Source: Planctomycetota bacterium (lineage in GTDB: Bacteria; Planctomycetota; B15-G4; SIAN01). Taken from it: a stretch of DNA of 64,000 nt. The translations under genes were made by a program, and so were the position numbers. Under the pieces are notes generated by a model, which was not told the origin of the DNA, searched no databases, and worked only from the letters and a program-made list of their open reading frames with translations. The DNA lies in assembly GCA_028289345.1 (NCBI GenBank), contig JANQQL010000005.1, forward strand, positions 101,206-165,205, in the 5' to 3' direction. Below are positions 19,063-27,733 of this stretch, piece after piece; position 1 is the first letter of the stretch, and the number at the start of each line of letters is the position of its first letter.

Positions 19063-20979
19063 ATGCCGCACGAGGGACGGGACTACGAGGAAGAACATGA
19101 CCACGTTCGCGAATCGGCCAAGGCCTTCGGTGAACTGATGCGCTGCGTCGAACGCTTCGTGGCGAGTAAGACCGGGAATGAGGAAACGTGCGAGGATGCG
19201 GCGGGAGTTCTCAGCCACTTCGCATTCGTGGTCGACGGTGGTAGCAGCCCCCATCGCGCTGATGACCCGCGCTCCGGCCGGATCGCAGCCGTCGCGATCG
19301 CTAACGCGCTCCAGCAGACTTCTCCTCGGTGCACGGCACATGAGGCAGCCGAGTTTCTGACCCGCGCCCTAGCCGAGCAGCTCCGATCCCTAGGACTAGA
19401 ACCGGATCACGATGGTGACAGACCTTGTGCTTCGCTGGCCTGCTTCAGTCTCAATCGCCGGGAAGTCTGGCTGATCGGAGGCTGTCAAGCCCTACTAATC
19501 ACCGGCGGAGAGCCGGGTGATCGCCTGACCGGCGAGGCTTCGATCGACATCGCCCTGGCGTCGACACGAGCCCTCGTTTTGGCGACGGAACTAAGCCGGG
19601 GACGAAGCGTGCATGAGCTTCGCGCCCAGGATCCAGGGCGTGCTTTCATCGAGCCTCTACTTCGTCAAGCTTACCTCTTTCGCAATCGGCCAACGACCGA
19701 GAGATTCTCGTTCTCGGCTCTCGACGGAGTCCGAGTGCCGGACGTGCGAGTGTTCCCTGTCGCGTCAGCTGTCGAGGAGGTGGTGCTGGCGACGGACGGC
19801 TATCCCATGCTCGAATCGACGTTGGCCGCTAGCGAAGCACAGCTGGCCGGTCTGCTGGCGGACGATCCATTGCTGATTGATCGAGTGATCTCAACGAAGG
19901 GTCTCGCACCGCACCTGCTCTCCTTTGACGACCGCGCCTACGTCCGCCTCAGGCTGGAAGTGCCTCCTGGTGCGATCGCCACCGAAGATCGGATCCCGGA
20001 CCTTGGCGGAATGCAACTTGCATTCGGTGCACGCTGGGTTGAATACGCTCCGTTTCACCCAGCCGGACTCTCAGTCGAAGCATCTTATGGTCCTGGTGCG
20101 CCGCATCGCCCGCCCTCGTTGGACCAAGCGACGCACGAAATCGCCGAAGCGATTGAGGCTGGAATGATTTCCAACACTTTTGATGCGCCGCGATACGCCT
20201 TGGTGGGCACGCAGACTCGCTCGCCAGATGCCAACACCGAGCGCCCACGGTTGGTCCTTCACTTCCGCGATTCGAGTTACTCGACGTTCCTCGCATCGAA
20301 CGGTTGGAACCGGAAGAAACTATCCTCAATCGAAGCGGATACGGTGCAGGTAGACCCGCGACCGGAAATGCGCGTACTGCCGTGGCGCGAGATGCTCGCC
20401 GGCGGTTTTGCAAACTGCCTCGGGGCCTGCTGGATTGTGGTACTCGAGAACGGCGGTTCGCCGCTGACTTACCTAACGCGACGCTATGGCGGCATCCTCG
20501 ACGGTTACTGGGATGGCGCTGTCGACGAAGGACTTCGCCGCGGCTCCGCCTCGCGACGCTTCGATCAGAGATCGGAACAGGATCTGACACCAGACCTCGA
20601 GTCCTTCATTCTACGTGCAATTGCAGAAGAGGCCGGCCTGCAGGTTGGGGCCAACTGTTGCACGCTCTTCACGGCCGGCCACGACACTTTCAGTCTTCAA
20701 CCCGCACTAGTTGGCTGCGTCGAGGTAGACTTGACCCGCGAAGAACTTCTAGATCATCTCCGCATCGCGATAGGCCGCGAAGAGTCTGACCGCATCCGCT
20801 GGCTCTCACTGGAGCCAGAGGTGGTCGTGCAGACGGTCGAGAGATTGAAACGCGAACAGCGCCTTCTGCCATGGGTCGAGATCGGACTCTTCGGAACGCT
20901 TGTCGTGCGCGCCGCTCGAACGGGATCTCTCGGAAGCCTCTTGCGCAGGCTCCGGCTTGCGCGTAGCTCGAATCTTTGA
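19063..20979 (+). CDS. PP2C-like (tentative) N-terminal domain plus C-terminal Nudix-like module
   Basis: 638 aa. FAFVVDGGSS ... VVLATDGYPML ... DPLLIDRV..FDDRAYV resembles PP2C_2-type phosphatase folds. aa ~360-615: LTYLTRRYGGILDGYWDGAVDEGL...ILRAIAEEAGL parallels the C-terminus of 17509-18915. Confidence 0.7.
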   Translation: MPHEGRDYEEEHDHVRESAKAFGELMRCVERFVASKTGNEETCEDAAGVLSHFAFVVDGGSSPHRADDPRSGRIAAVAIANALQQTSPRCTAHEAAEFLTRALAEQLRSLGLEPDHDGDRPCASLACFSLNRREVWLIGGCQALLITGGEPGDRLTGEASIDIALASTRALVLATELSRGRSVHELRAQDPGRAFIEPLLRQAYLFRNRPTTERFSFSALDGVRVPDVRVFPVASAVEEVVLATDGYPMLESTLAASEAQLAGLLADDPLLIDRVISTKGLAPHLLSFDDRAYVRLRLEVPPGAIATEDRIPDLGGMQLAFGARWVEYAPFHPAGLSVEASYGPGAPHRPPSLDQATHEIAEAIEAGMISNTFDAPRYALVGTQTRSPDANTERPRLVLHFRDSSYSTFLASNGWNRKKLSSIEADTVQVDPRPEMRVLPWREMLAGGFANCLGACWIVVLENGGSPLTYLTRRYGGILDGYWDGAVDEGLRRGSASRRFDQRSEQDLTPDLESFILRAIAEEAGLQVGANCCTLFTAGHDTFSLQPALVGCVEVDLTREELLDHLRIAIGREESDRIRWLSLEPEVVVQTVERLKREQRLLPWVEIGLFGTLVVRAARTGSLGSLLRRLRLARSSNL

Positions 20980-21188
20980 CGCCTTCCCGGCTAGATGTGG
21001 AGGCTAGGGACGTGCGTCACCGAATGAGCCTGAGTTTGGCGACCGAGGTCATGGAAGACCTTTCTCCGAGCCCACTGAGATTCGATTGCTGTCACGGACC
21101 TTTCCACGGATGAGGTATGGACACCCCGAAGATTGAAGAACGCGAAGGATCACCATCGCAGCAGTCACAACCCATCCACACGGTCGAT

Positions 21189-21614
21189 TCATGAATCTTC
21201 CCTCTTGCTCGATGTCAATGGAGGGGCTTGAGGCGTCCCCCACGGGAATCCACCACGATCCCGCTTTGGCATCAAACTCAGCCATCCCGCTTGAACGCCC
21301 AGGTCGGTAGTACATGAGTACTGAATCGAGGATTTGTCGGAGTTCTCGAAACCTGTGCCCCGCACCCATCCGCCTGGAACAAGCTCATCGAGCCCGCTCC
21401 ACGAGGACGCAGTAAGATCTATCGTTTCTGTCCATTGTCGGTACCCCCGCGCGGAGACCCGACACCAGTACTTGTCCACGGGAAGCGACTCAAACCCGAC
21501 CCGCCCCTGAGCATCTGACCCTCGGGACGACATTTTCGGGATGCACAGGTAGTGTCGGTGGGTCGGATTTGGCCAATCAGCTTGGTAGCTCTGTGATCCT
21601 CCGTGGACCAGCAC
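21189..21614 (-). CDS. ORF with carboxypeptidase-regulatory-like motif; overlaps the TM-TIR ORF in another frame
   Basis: SDAQGRVGFESLPVDKYWCRVSARGYRQWTETIDL. 196-nt overlap with 21419-22576 suggests a frameshifted continuation or a separate small gene. Confidence 0.3.
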   Translation of the reverse strand: MLVHGGSQSYQADWPNPTHRHYLCIPKMSSRGSDAQGRVGFESLPVDKYWCRVSARGYRQWTETIDLTASSWSGLDELVPGGWVRGTGFENSDKSSIQYSCTTDLGVQAGWLSLMPKRDRGGFPWGTPQAPPLTSSKREDS

Positions 21615-22576
21615 ACGCCACGAAAGTCCGGAATGAAGAGCTTTCCCACCAGGTTAGTCAGACCGCCCCTCGGCCCGTAGTTGCTCCGCCACTCCTGGAT
21701 CACTTCCATATCCACGAGTCGAATCGGTAGCAGGACGTCAGGATCGGTGATCACGCAGCGTGCCTCGAGTCGCACCCAGCGGCTCCTCAAACTTGCCTGC
21801 GACATCACTAAAACGACCCTGCGACTCGAAGCAATGGCCTTGATCAGCTGCTCGGTGACCCCCTTGCCGTACTTTAGATCCTTCGCATCCCACCACACTC
21901 GCAGGCCGACACCATCCAAGAATCTGCAAAGGGACATCGCGAACGGAAAGTCGGCACTCGAATAGGAAATAAAGCAATCGTATCGATCAGATGGAGCAAG
22001 GAGTCTCCAGGGACTTGCTACGACCACGTATCCGATCAAGTAGACTGCCAGGGCACCGACGAAAGCCCACCACGTCACGTGGGAGAGCGGATCTGCAATG
22101 CCAGAGTAGACCGCGCAAAGGAAACCGAGAACGACAGCTGTACAGACTGCGAGAAGTCGGGTGTAGCACTTGGCGGTAGCGTTCGGTCGCAGGATGTGCC
22201 ATGCGACAGCGATCCGCTGTAGCAAATCGGGGGCAAGCTTGGGCATCACAGCCCAGTACGTTCCGCACAGAATCAAGTACATCGCACAGAACCACAGCAC
22301 AACTGTGAGGTCTCTGCCACTGTAAGCCGCGATCGTGGACGCGCCCACTGCCCCACTTCCGCTGAGCACGGCCAGCACGTCAACGGCATCAACCAAACGA
22401 GAACCGGATCCCCAGGGGAGATCTTTCTGGCGCCATGCCCAAACATCGAATAGGCAGATGAGGGAGAGCAAGAGCGATACCAGAGAACGAAACAATGCTA
22501 GGTCGAATACGGCGCCGACTGCGGCAACGAGTCCAAGGACTCCGGTCGCGAGATAGAACCACCAGTGGACATTCAT
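21419..22576 (-). CDS. polytopic membrane protein with C-terminal TIR domain
   Basis: About 6 hydrophobic helices in aa 1-190. TIR at aa ~199-300 (nt ~21677-21982): YDCFISYSSADFPFAMSL..., VLVMSQASLRSRWVRLEA. Confidence 0.8.
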   Translation of the reverse strand: MNVHWWFYLATGVLGLVAAVGAVFDLALFRSLVSLLLSLICLFDVWAWRQKDLPWGSGSRLVDAVDVLAVLSGSGAVGASTIAAYSGRDLTVVLWFCAMYLILCGTYWAVMPKLAPDLLQRIAVAWHILRPNATAKCYTRLLAVCTAVVLGFLCAVYSGIADPLSHVTWWAFVGALAVYLIGYVVVASPWRLLAPSDRYDCFISYSSADFPFAMSLCRFLDGVGLRVWWDAKDLKYGKGVTEQLIKAIASSRRVVLVMSQASLRSRWVRLEARCVITDPDVLLPIRLVDMEVIQEWRSNYGPRGGLTNLVGKLFIPDFRGVCWSTEDHRATKLIGQIRPTDTTCASRKCRPEGQMLRGGSGLSRFPWTSTGVGSPRGGTDNGQKR

Positions 22577-23292
22577 GGCAACGGTCTCCGCTTTCGGAAT
22601 GGACGATTCGGGCTCTCACCCGACGCAACGCGGCTGATCAAGCAAGTCGATTGAAATAGCTCTGGCATGGCGTCAACCTCCTTGCCCTCTCCAACCGGAT
22701 TGGGACCCGTTCGCGACAGAAAATCATGCGGAATCGCTCGAATGGCATGGTTCCGCCCCATCGACGAATGAGCCAGAAGTCACGACCGACAGGAAAGCCC
22801 AGAGATGTCCGCTCGGATCTCCGCGTCCAGGCTGCGGCGCCTGAACGACCGGCACGAATGGGCGACGTGATTCCGTACCGTTGCAGCCGAGCCAACGGGC
22901 ATCTGCGGCCTTGAAGCTCAGAGTTCCGATGCCGAGCTACGCAAGAGTGACGAAGCGGCAGATGTGTTTTCGCCATGGCCATCTCGAGGGTGGCCACAAT
23001 CCGCAGCGACCGTAGAGCTTCATCCCTCACCCATGAGCCCTTGGGACCTTCGAGGCGAAAGTCGGGGGGCCGTTTCCATGGCGGTCAGGAGTAGGAAACG
23101 CCCAGTATCAGTGTGGAATGCGAGCATCAGTAACCACTCAGCCCGGAGACGGGAATTCGAGATTTCTCCCGTCTCATTCTTCGGGACGCTCAGTTCAAGA
23201 GAGTGTCAGGGCGCAGCGCGGGCCCGGCGGTGCTTTTCTCAGCCTCCGAATCGGGGGCTCTCTCCCTATCGCCAGGAAGGAAGAACAGGACC

Positions 23293-25569
23293 ATGCTCCT
23301 TCTCCGGATCTCCATTTTCACCAGTGCTTTGCTGTTCGGCTCACCCTCACACCTTGTGAAGCACCTTGGGAACCCGAAGGGCGTCCGCAAATCGCCGGAA
23401 GAGGTCGTCGAGCTCCTGCGGTCGGTCGATCGCTCAACCCGCGATGTCCAATCAGTCACCTACCAGGCCTCCTGGAAGCCGGAGGGAATTGGCGTGGGCC
23501 CCCGATTCGAGGGACGAGTCAGCCTCGCACTGGACACAGCTGCAGAGAATCAGGCTTGGTACCTGCTCGTTGATGGCGAATTCTCCGAGTCGGGCGAACC
23601 TCCTCGGAAAATCTGGGCGTCCAAGAACAGCGAAGGTTGCTTCCTCATCGATGACTCGAGGAAGTTCTACTGCGCCGAGCCGAGCGACGCCTCCGGGGCC
23701 GCCGCTTCGTTGCTGGCCCGGCTCAAGGGAGCCTGGCTCCCTGAGTTCCTCACCGACACACCGTTCGTCGACGAAATGGAGGCACATCTCTCGCGTCACG
23801 AGGGAAGCAAGTCCGTCGCGGGTGTTCCGTGTGAGGTCGTGTTCGTGGAGTACTCGGCAAACCTGGACTCCTCTCCGACTCGGTGGTACTTCGGGGCAAT
23901 CGATCATCTCCCACGGCGGGTTGAACGATTGAGTCGGAAAAACCAAGCCGATGGGCACCAAACTTTGACGATCTCAAACCTCCAGACTGGAGGAGGCGTC
24001 GACAACGGTGCCTACACGCTCGAGAGGCCCGACGGTTACACGGACGCTCGAGACATCCTGCGCGAAGTCGACCAGGCCGTCCGCGACGTGACCAACGTCT
24101 CATACCATGCATCCTGGAGCCCGGAGGGAGCAGGCTTCGACGACCTTCTCCAATTCGAAGGGAGGGTTCACCTGGCCACCAAGGGCCCGTCGGAGTCCGC
24201 CATATGGAAGATCCGTTTGGACGGCGAGCTCTCCGACTCAAGGGTGACCTCAAAGAAGATTTCTATAGCGAGCGATGGTCAGAACATATCCGCGATTGAC
24301 CACAGCAATGAGCTCTTTCGTGAAGGGCACATGGGGTCTGCCGGCGTTGCGCAAATCGAACGCCTCTCTGGAGCATGGCTTCGAGAGTTCCTGGTGGACA
24401 CTCCCTTTGATCACGAGATCGACGCTCCGATCGTCCTCTATGAGGGTCAGCAGAGCGTGAAGGACGTTCTCTGCGACGTGTTGTTCGTCGAGTACACAGA
24501 TGCGCCCGATTCATCGAGGACACGCTGGTACCTCGGCGTGGACGACAAACTACCCCGTCGAGTTGAACGCTTGACACGGAAGGGACAGGAAAACGGCGCC
24601 ATGGTCCTCGTCATCTCCTCCCTCAACACGGACACAGCGCTCCCAGACACCACCTTCCAACTGCGACGACCCGAGGACTACGAGTCCGAGGAGTTCCCTC
24701 CATACTGCGTCGACATTTTGGAGGGCCAAGAGCGCGTTGAGATCATCCGCACGCCCTATTCTTCATCGTCCGGTAAGTCCGCATCCTTCGCTGCTTCGCG
24801 GAGGATCCCGGATTCCCCTGATTCCCTCTCATCGAGGATTCGCAACACGCTGACGATCCCCTGGTTCGGTGACTTCCTGCTCGACCTCTCTCGTGCAGAT
24901 GCGAACGAACGTGGTGACCTGTGGCGCGACCTGGAGAAGCAGACCCCGAACATCTACTCCTCGCTCAAGCCTCTGCTTGACCAGTTGTTAGACGACGGGA
25001 GCTTCGGTACCACAGAATACGGTAAGGTCGACCGCTCGGATGATGGGTTCTACTGCGAGATCAATGGCACTCGCGCCGAAGTCGCGTCTCTGCTGTTCTT
25101 CGAGCCGCATCGCAAAACTCTCTGCGACGTCTCGGATTCCAAGAGCGCCATCGCCAGGGTGAAGAGAGCCGAGAGACGGCTGACGAGCTATCCCGACTGG
25201 CCGTTTCTCGAGAGACCCTATGCAGATGTGACTCTCCTCGGCGACTCTCGCAGCTCGACGACCCCGAGGCCCAGCTCCACGGCCCGGATCGCGTACACCG
25301 TATCCGTCAACTGGTGGCCTGACTTCACGTCAGATCTCACAGTGCAAGATCGGTTTGACTACGACGGAGTCCCGATCTGCCTGTACTACTCCCTGACGGA
25401 TCGCTGGAAGTACTTCCACGGCGTTGACTATTACTTTGGGATCCAAACTCAAGATGGGACTTTTGTCGCGCTTTTGATGGTGACCGAGTTTCGGTGTTCC
25501 AAGGACAATCCTCTTCAAATCGTCCGGGAGAACCAAGGTTCGCTCAAGTATCATGCCGAGAACCGATGA
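23293..25569 (+). CDS. secreted protein with two tandem LolA-like/lipoprotein-sorting-like repeats and an unknown C-terminal domain
   Basis: Start at MLLLRISIF (ATG 23293, AGGAAGGAAG upstream). Two ~230-aa repeats (VQSVTYQASWKPEG...RWYFGAIDHLPRRVERLSRK / VTNVSYHASWSPEG...RWYLGVDDKLPRRVERLTRK). Confidence 0.7.
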   Translation: MLLLRISIFTSALLFGSPSHLVKHLGNPKGVRKSPEEVVELLRSVDRSTRDVQSVTYQASWKPEGIGVGPRFEGRVSLALDTAAENQAWYLLVDGEFSESGEPPRKIWASKNSEGCFLIDDSRKFYCAEPSDASGAAASLLARLKGAWLPEFLTDTPFVDEMEAHLSRHEGSKSVAGVPCEVVFVEYSANLDSSPTRWYFGAIDHLPRRVERLSRKNQADGHQTLTISNLQTGGGVDNGAYTLERPDGYTDARDILREVDQAVRDVTNVSYHASWSPEGAGFDDLLQFEGRVHLATKGPSESAIWKIRLDGELSDSRVTSKKISIASDGQNISAIDHSNELFREGHMGSAGVAQIERLSGAWLREFLVDTPFDHEIDAPIVLYEGQQSVKDVLCDVLFVEYTDAPDSSRTRWYLGVDDKLPRRVERLTRKGQENGAMVLVISSLNTDTALPDTTFQLRRPEDYESEEFPPYCVDILEGQERVEIIRTPYSSSSGKSASFAASRRIPDSPDSLSSRIRNTLTIPWFGDFLLDLSRADANERGDLWRDLEKQTPNIYSSLKPLLDQLLDDGSFGTTEYGKVDRSDDGFYCEINGTRAEVASLLFFEPHRKTLCDVSDSKSAIARVKRAERRLTSYPDWPFLERPYADVTLLGDSRSSTTPRPSSTARIAYTVSVNWWPDFTSDLTVQDRFDYDGVPICLYYSLTDRWKYFHGVDYYFGIQTQDGTFVALLMVTEFRCSKDNPLQIVRENQGSLKYHAENR

Positions 25570-25572
25570 GGC

Positions 25573-26205
25573 ATGGAAGCGACGGCACTTCGATGTGGTA
25601 ATGGAGAATGCGACCGAATCATGCCCGCAGAAGAACGATGCCCCTGCACTGTCGAGCAAATGACCGAAAAAGACGAGATCCGCAAGATCTGTCGGTCTGC
25701 CCTTCTTGTGCTCTCGGACGCCCGCATCGAAGTCGATGATCTCTCGCAAGGAGTGACGGTGCGTCTCATTGCAAGATGGTGCAACAAATGCCGGGAACGT
25801 GAGTTGGTGTGCATCGAGTACTGTTTTGTAAGGGATGGCGAACGTTACCCCACTGCCTACATCTCGAAATCAGCCACCAATGTTCTGCTTGACATGAAGA
25901 AGAAACAGGCTCGAGAGAACCACTTCGAAGAGGAGCCGACCGGCGGCGAAGTTGCGGAGCAACGAGAAAGAAGCCGGCGCCTTGTCGAAAGCGCCCTAAT
26001 GACACTCGCCCCGCATCAGCGCCACTTGATCGAATTGAAACACCTCAACAACGTCAAGACTCGAGACCTGGTGGCGATCTTTCGAGATGAAGAGCGATGG
26101 ATGAAGAACTCCCAAAAGGAATACAAGCGGGTATCCAAACTCATCGACCGGAACTGCAAGAAGGGGCTCGCCCAGCTCAAGCGAATCCTGGAAGAATTGA
26201 GCTAG
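25573..26205 (+). CDS. sigma-70/ECF-like transcription factor (divergent)
   Basis: 210 aa, starting 3 nt after the previous stop. Region-4-like LAPHQRHLIELKHLNNVKTRDLVAIF...KGLAQLKRIL. Confidence 0.5.
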   Translation: MEATALRCGNGECDRIMPAEERCPCTVEQMTEKDEIRKICRSALLVLSDARIEVDDLSQGVTVRLIARWCNKCRERELVCIEYCFVRDGERYPTAYISKSATNVLLDMKKKQARENHFEEEPTGGEVAEQRERSRRLVESALMTLAPHQRHLIELKHLNNVKTRDLVAIFRDEERWMKNSQKEYKRVSKLIDRNCKKGLAQLKRILEELS

Positions 26206-26224
26206 AGAGACAGGAGAACGGTGA

Positions 26225-27178
26225 ATGAGATCCGCCAACCGCCAGTGGCAAGAGCTGGTCCGCCAGCACCCCCAGCTCACTGACCCGAATCTGTGGCCGC
26301 CACTCCCGGACGCGGTGACCGATCGGATTGGTGAGCACATTGTCCGATTGGCGGCAATTCCGTTCCACCGAACGAGCGCCTGGACAGTTCGCCTGCTCCA
26401 ACGGACCCGCTCAGCCAGTGCGGCCCTCGTCGTTCTCCCAACATTCCTCATTCCGTTCGACTGGCCGGGAAAACACCTCACTCTCTATGCGATCGCAACT
26501 GTCTGCATCTTCATTCTCACGGCAGTGTTCATCCGAGATCGAGCCTGGGCACCCGCCTTCGCCGCTGGCGGCCTCGGTATCCTGGCCTTCGTCGACTGCG
26601 TTGCGTGGCTCCGCATTTTTGACGAGGTCAAGGATTCGGGATTTCCGCGAGTCCTTGCGTACATTGACGTGATCGCCTACGGATCCATAGTCGGTGCGGC
26701 GATGAGCTTGTTCGGGTCAGTCCGAAAGACCTCAGGAGCTCATCCCTCGAGATGGCTCTACATCCTCTTTACATCCTATTGCGCAGCGGCATGCTACTTC
26801 TGGTACTTGCTTGCCGGCCCCTTGAGCGACTCACGTCTGGCAAGCAAACTCCGAGATGTATGGGACCTCGATGGGTATGCGTCGTCTGCAGATGCCTTCC
26901 TGCAATCGCTCGGAACCACTGTACTTCAGGACGTCGAAGGACTTCGTTTCATGGCGTGGCTCGTCTGGGCCTTGTACGGGATTTCCGGGACGGTGTCATT
27001 GGCTTTGCTGTTCTGCCGAGTCTCGCTTCGTGCGACGGTTCGATGGATTCTGATTCCCGCCGCCCTGTATGCCGTCGCCGGCCCCTGGACCAATGAGTCG
27101 TGGGAGTGGTTCCGGTATCTGTTCTTGTTGCTTCCGCTCGCTGGTGCAATCGACTGGGCGACGACTAGAAGCAAGTAG
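26225..27178 (+). CDS. polytopic membrane protein (possible anti-sigma partner)
   Basis: 317 aa with about 7 hydrophobic segments. Follows the sigma-like gene by 19 nt. Confidence 0.55.
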   Translation: MRSANRQWQELVRQHPQLTDPNLWPPLPDAVTDRIGEHIVRLAAIPFHRTSAWTVRLLQRTRSASAALVVLPTFLIPFDWPGKHLTLYAIATVCIFILTAVFIRDRAWAPAFAAGGLGILAFVDCVAWLRIFDEVKDSGFPRVLAYIDVIAYGSIVGAAMSLFGSVRKTSGAHPSRWLYILFTSYCAAACYFWYLLAGPLSDSRLASKLRDVWDLDGYASSADAFLQSLGTTVLQDVEGLRFMAWLVWALYGISGTVSLALLFCRVSLRATVRWILIPAALYAVAGPWTNESWEWFRYLFLLLPLAGAIDWATTRSK

Positions 27179-27297
27179 CCGAATGCCGTAAGGGCTCTGG
27201 GTCTTCCAACACATCAAGTGCCTCAAGATCGCAACGCTCTATTGGCCATACGACCCCATAGACGCGATGGTCACATCGCTGCTCAGTACTCGCCACA

Positions 27298-27485
27298 CCT
27301 GTAGGGTACTAGAACCCGGCCGTCCCCTCGCGAGGCACCCTTCCTGGCTACGCTGGTAACATCCGCGAGCCATGATTCCCGTCCTCCAACCATTCCAGGC
27401 ACTCGCCGCCATCCTCGCGGGCTGGTCCAATCGGCACCATGCGAGTGATCGAGTCTCTCCTGGGGGAGAACCGCCTGTACCGAGA
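27298..27485 (+). mobile_element. 5' fragment of IS family B (left inverted repeat plus first ~40 codons)
   Basis: CCTGTAGGGTACTAGAACCCGGCCGTCCC...ATGATTCCCGTCCTCCAACCATTCCAG... aligns with the left ends at 37267, 43039 and 48853. Confidence 0.7.
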
Positions 27486-27733
27486 CGATTCTCGACCACT
27501 TGTCGATCTAGAAGTTGAAACTTCAGCCGATGATTTAAGAAACTGGCAGAACCGAGGCCGCGTCTTCACGGAATCGGGTGCCATAGAGTGCAAGAACACG
27601 TTCGCAGAGCGAGTTGTCGGACACTACGGTGCCCGCCGACCAAGCTTTCGAGCCCTGTCGACTTTGCGTTTCCGGTGTGATCGCTCCGAGGTCAAGATAG
27701 TGAGGTGCCGACTGATCCCTGTGGAGCCACGCG

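Noticed and set aside
23040-23080. GAGGCGAAAGTCGGGGGGCC resembles the RNase P RNA motif GAGGAAAGUCCGGGC, inside a ~700-bp gene-free region (22577-23292).
   Set aside because: The other conserved RNase P blocks as I recall them (GUAAGAGCGCACC, ACAGAACCCGGCUUA, AGGGUGAAA) are absent on both strands. A covariance-model scan (Rfam/Infernal) of 22577-23292 would still be worthwhile.
23146-23175. 9-bp perfect stem (GAGACGGGA / TCCCGTCTC) with a 12-nt loop, about 115 nt upstream of the 23293 start.
   Set aside because: It is an isolated hairpin with no T-run or recognisable riboswitch context, so function cannot be assigned from sequence alone.
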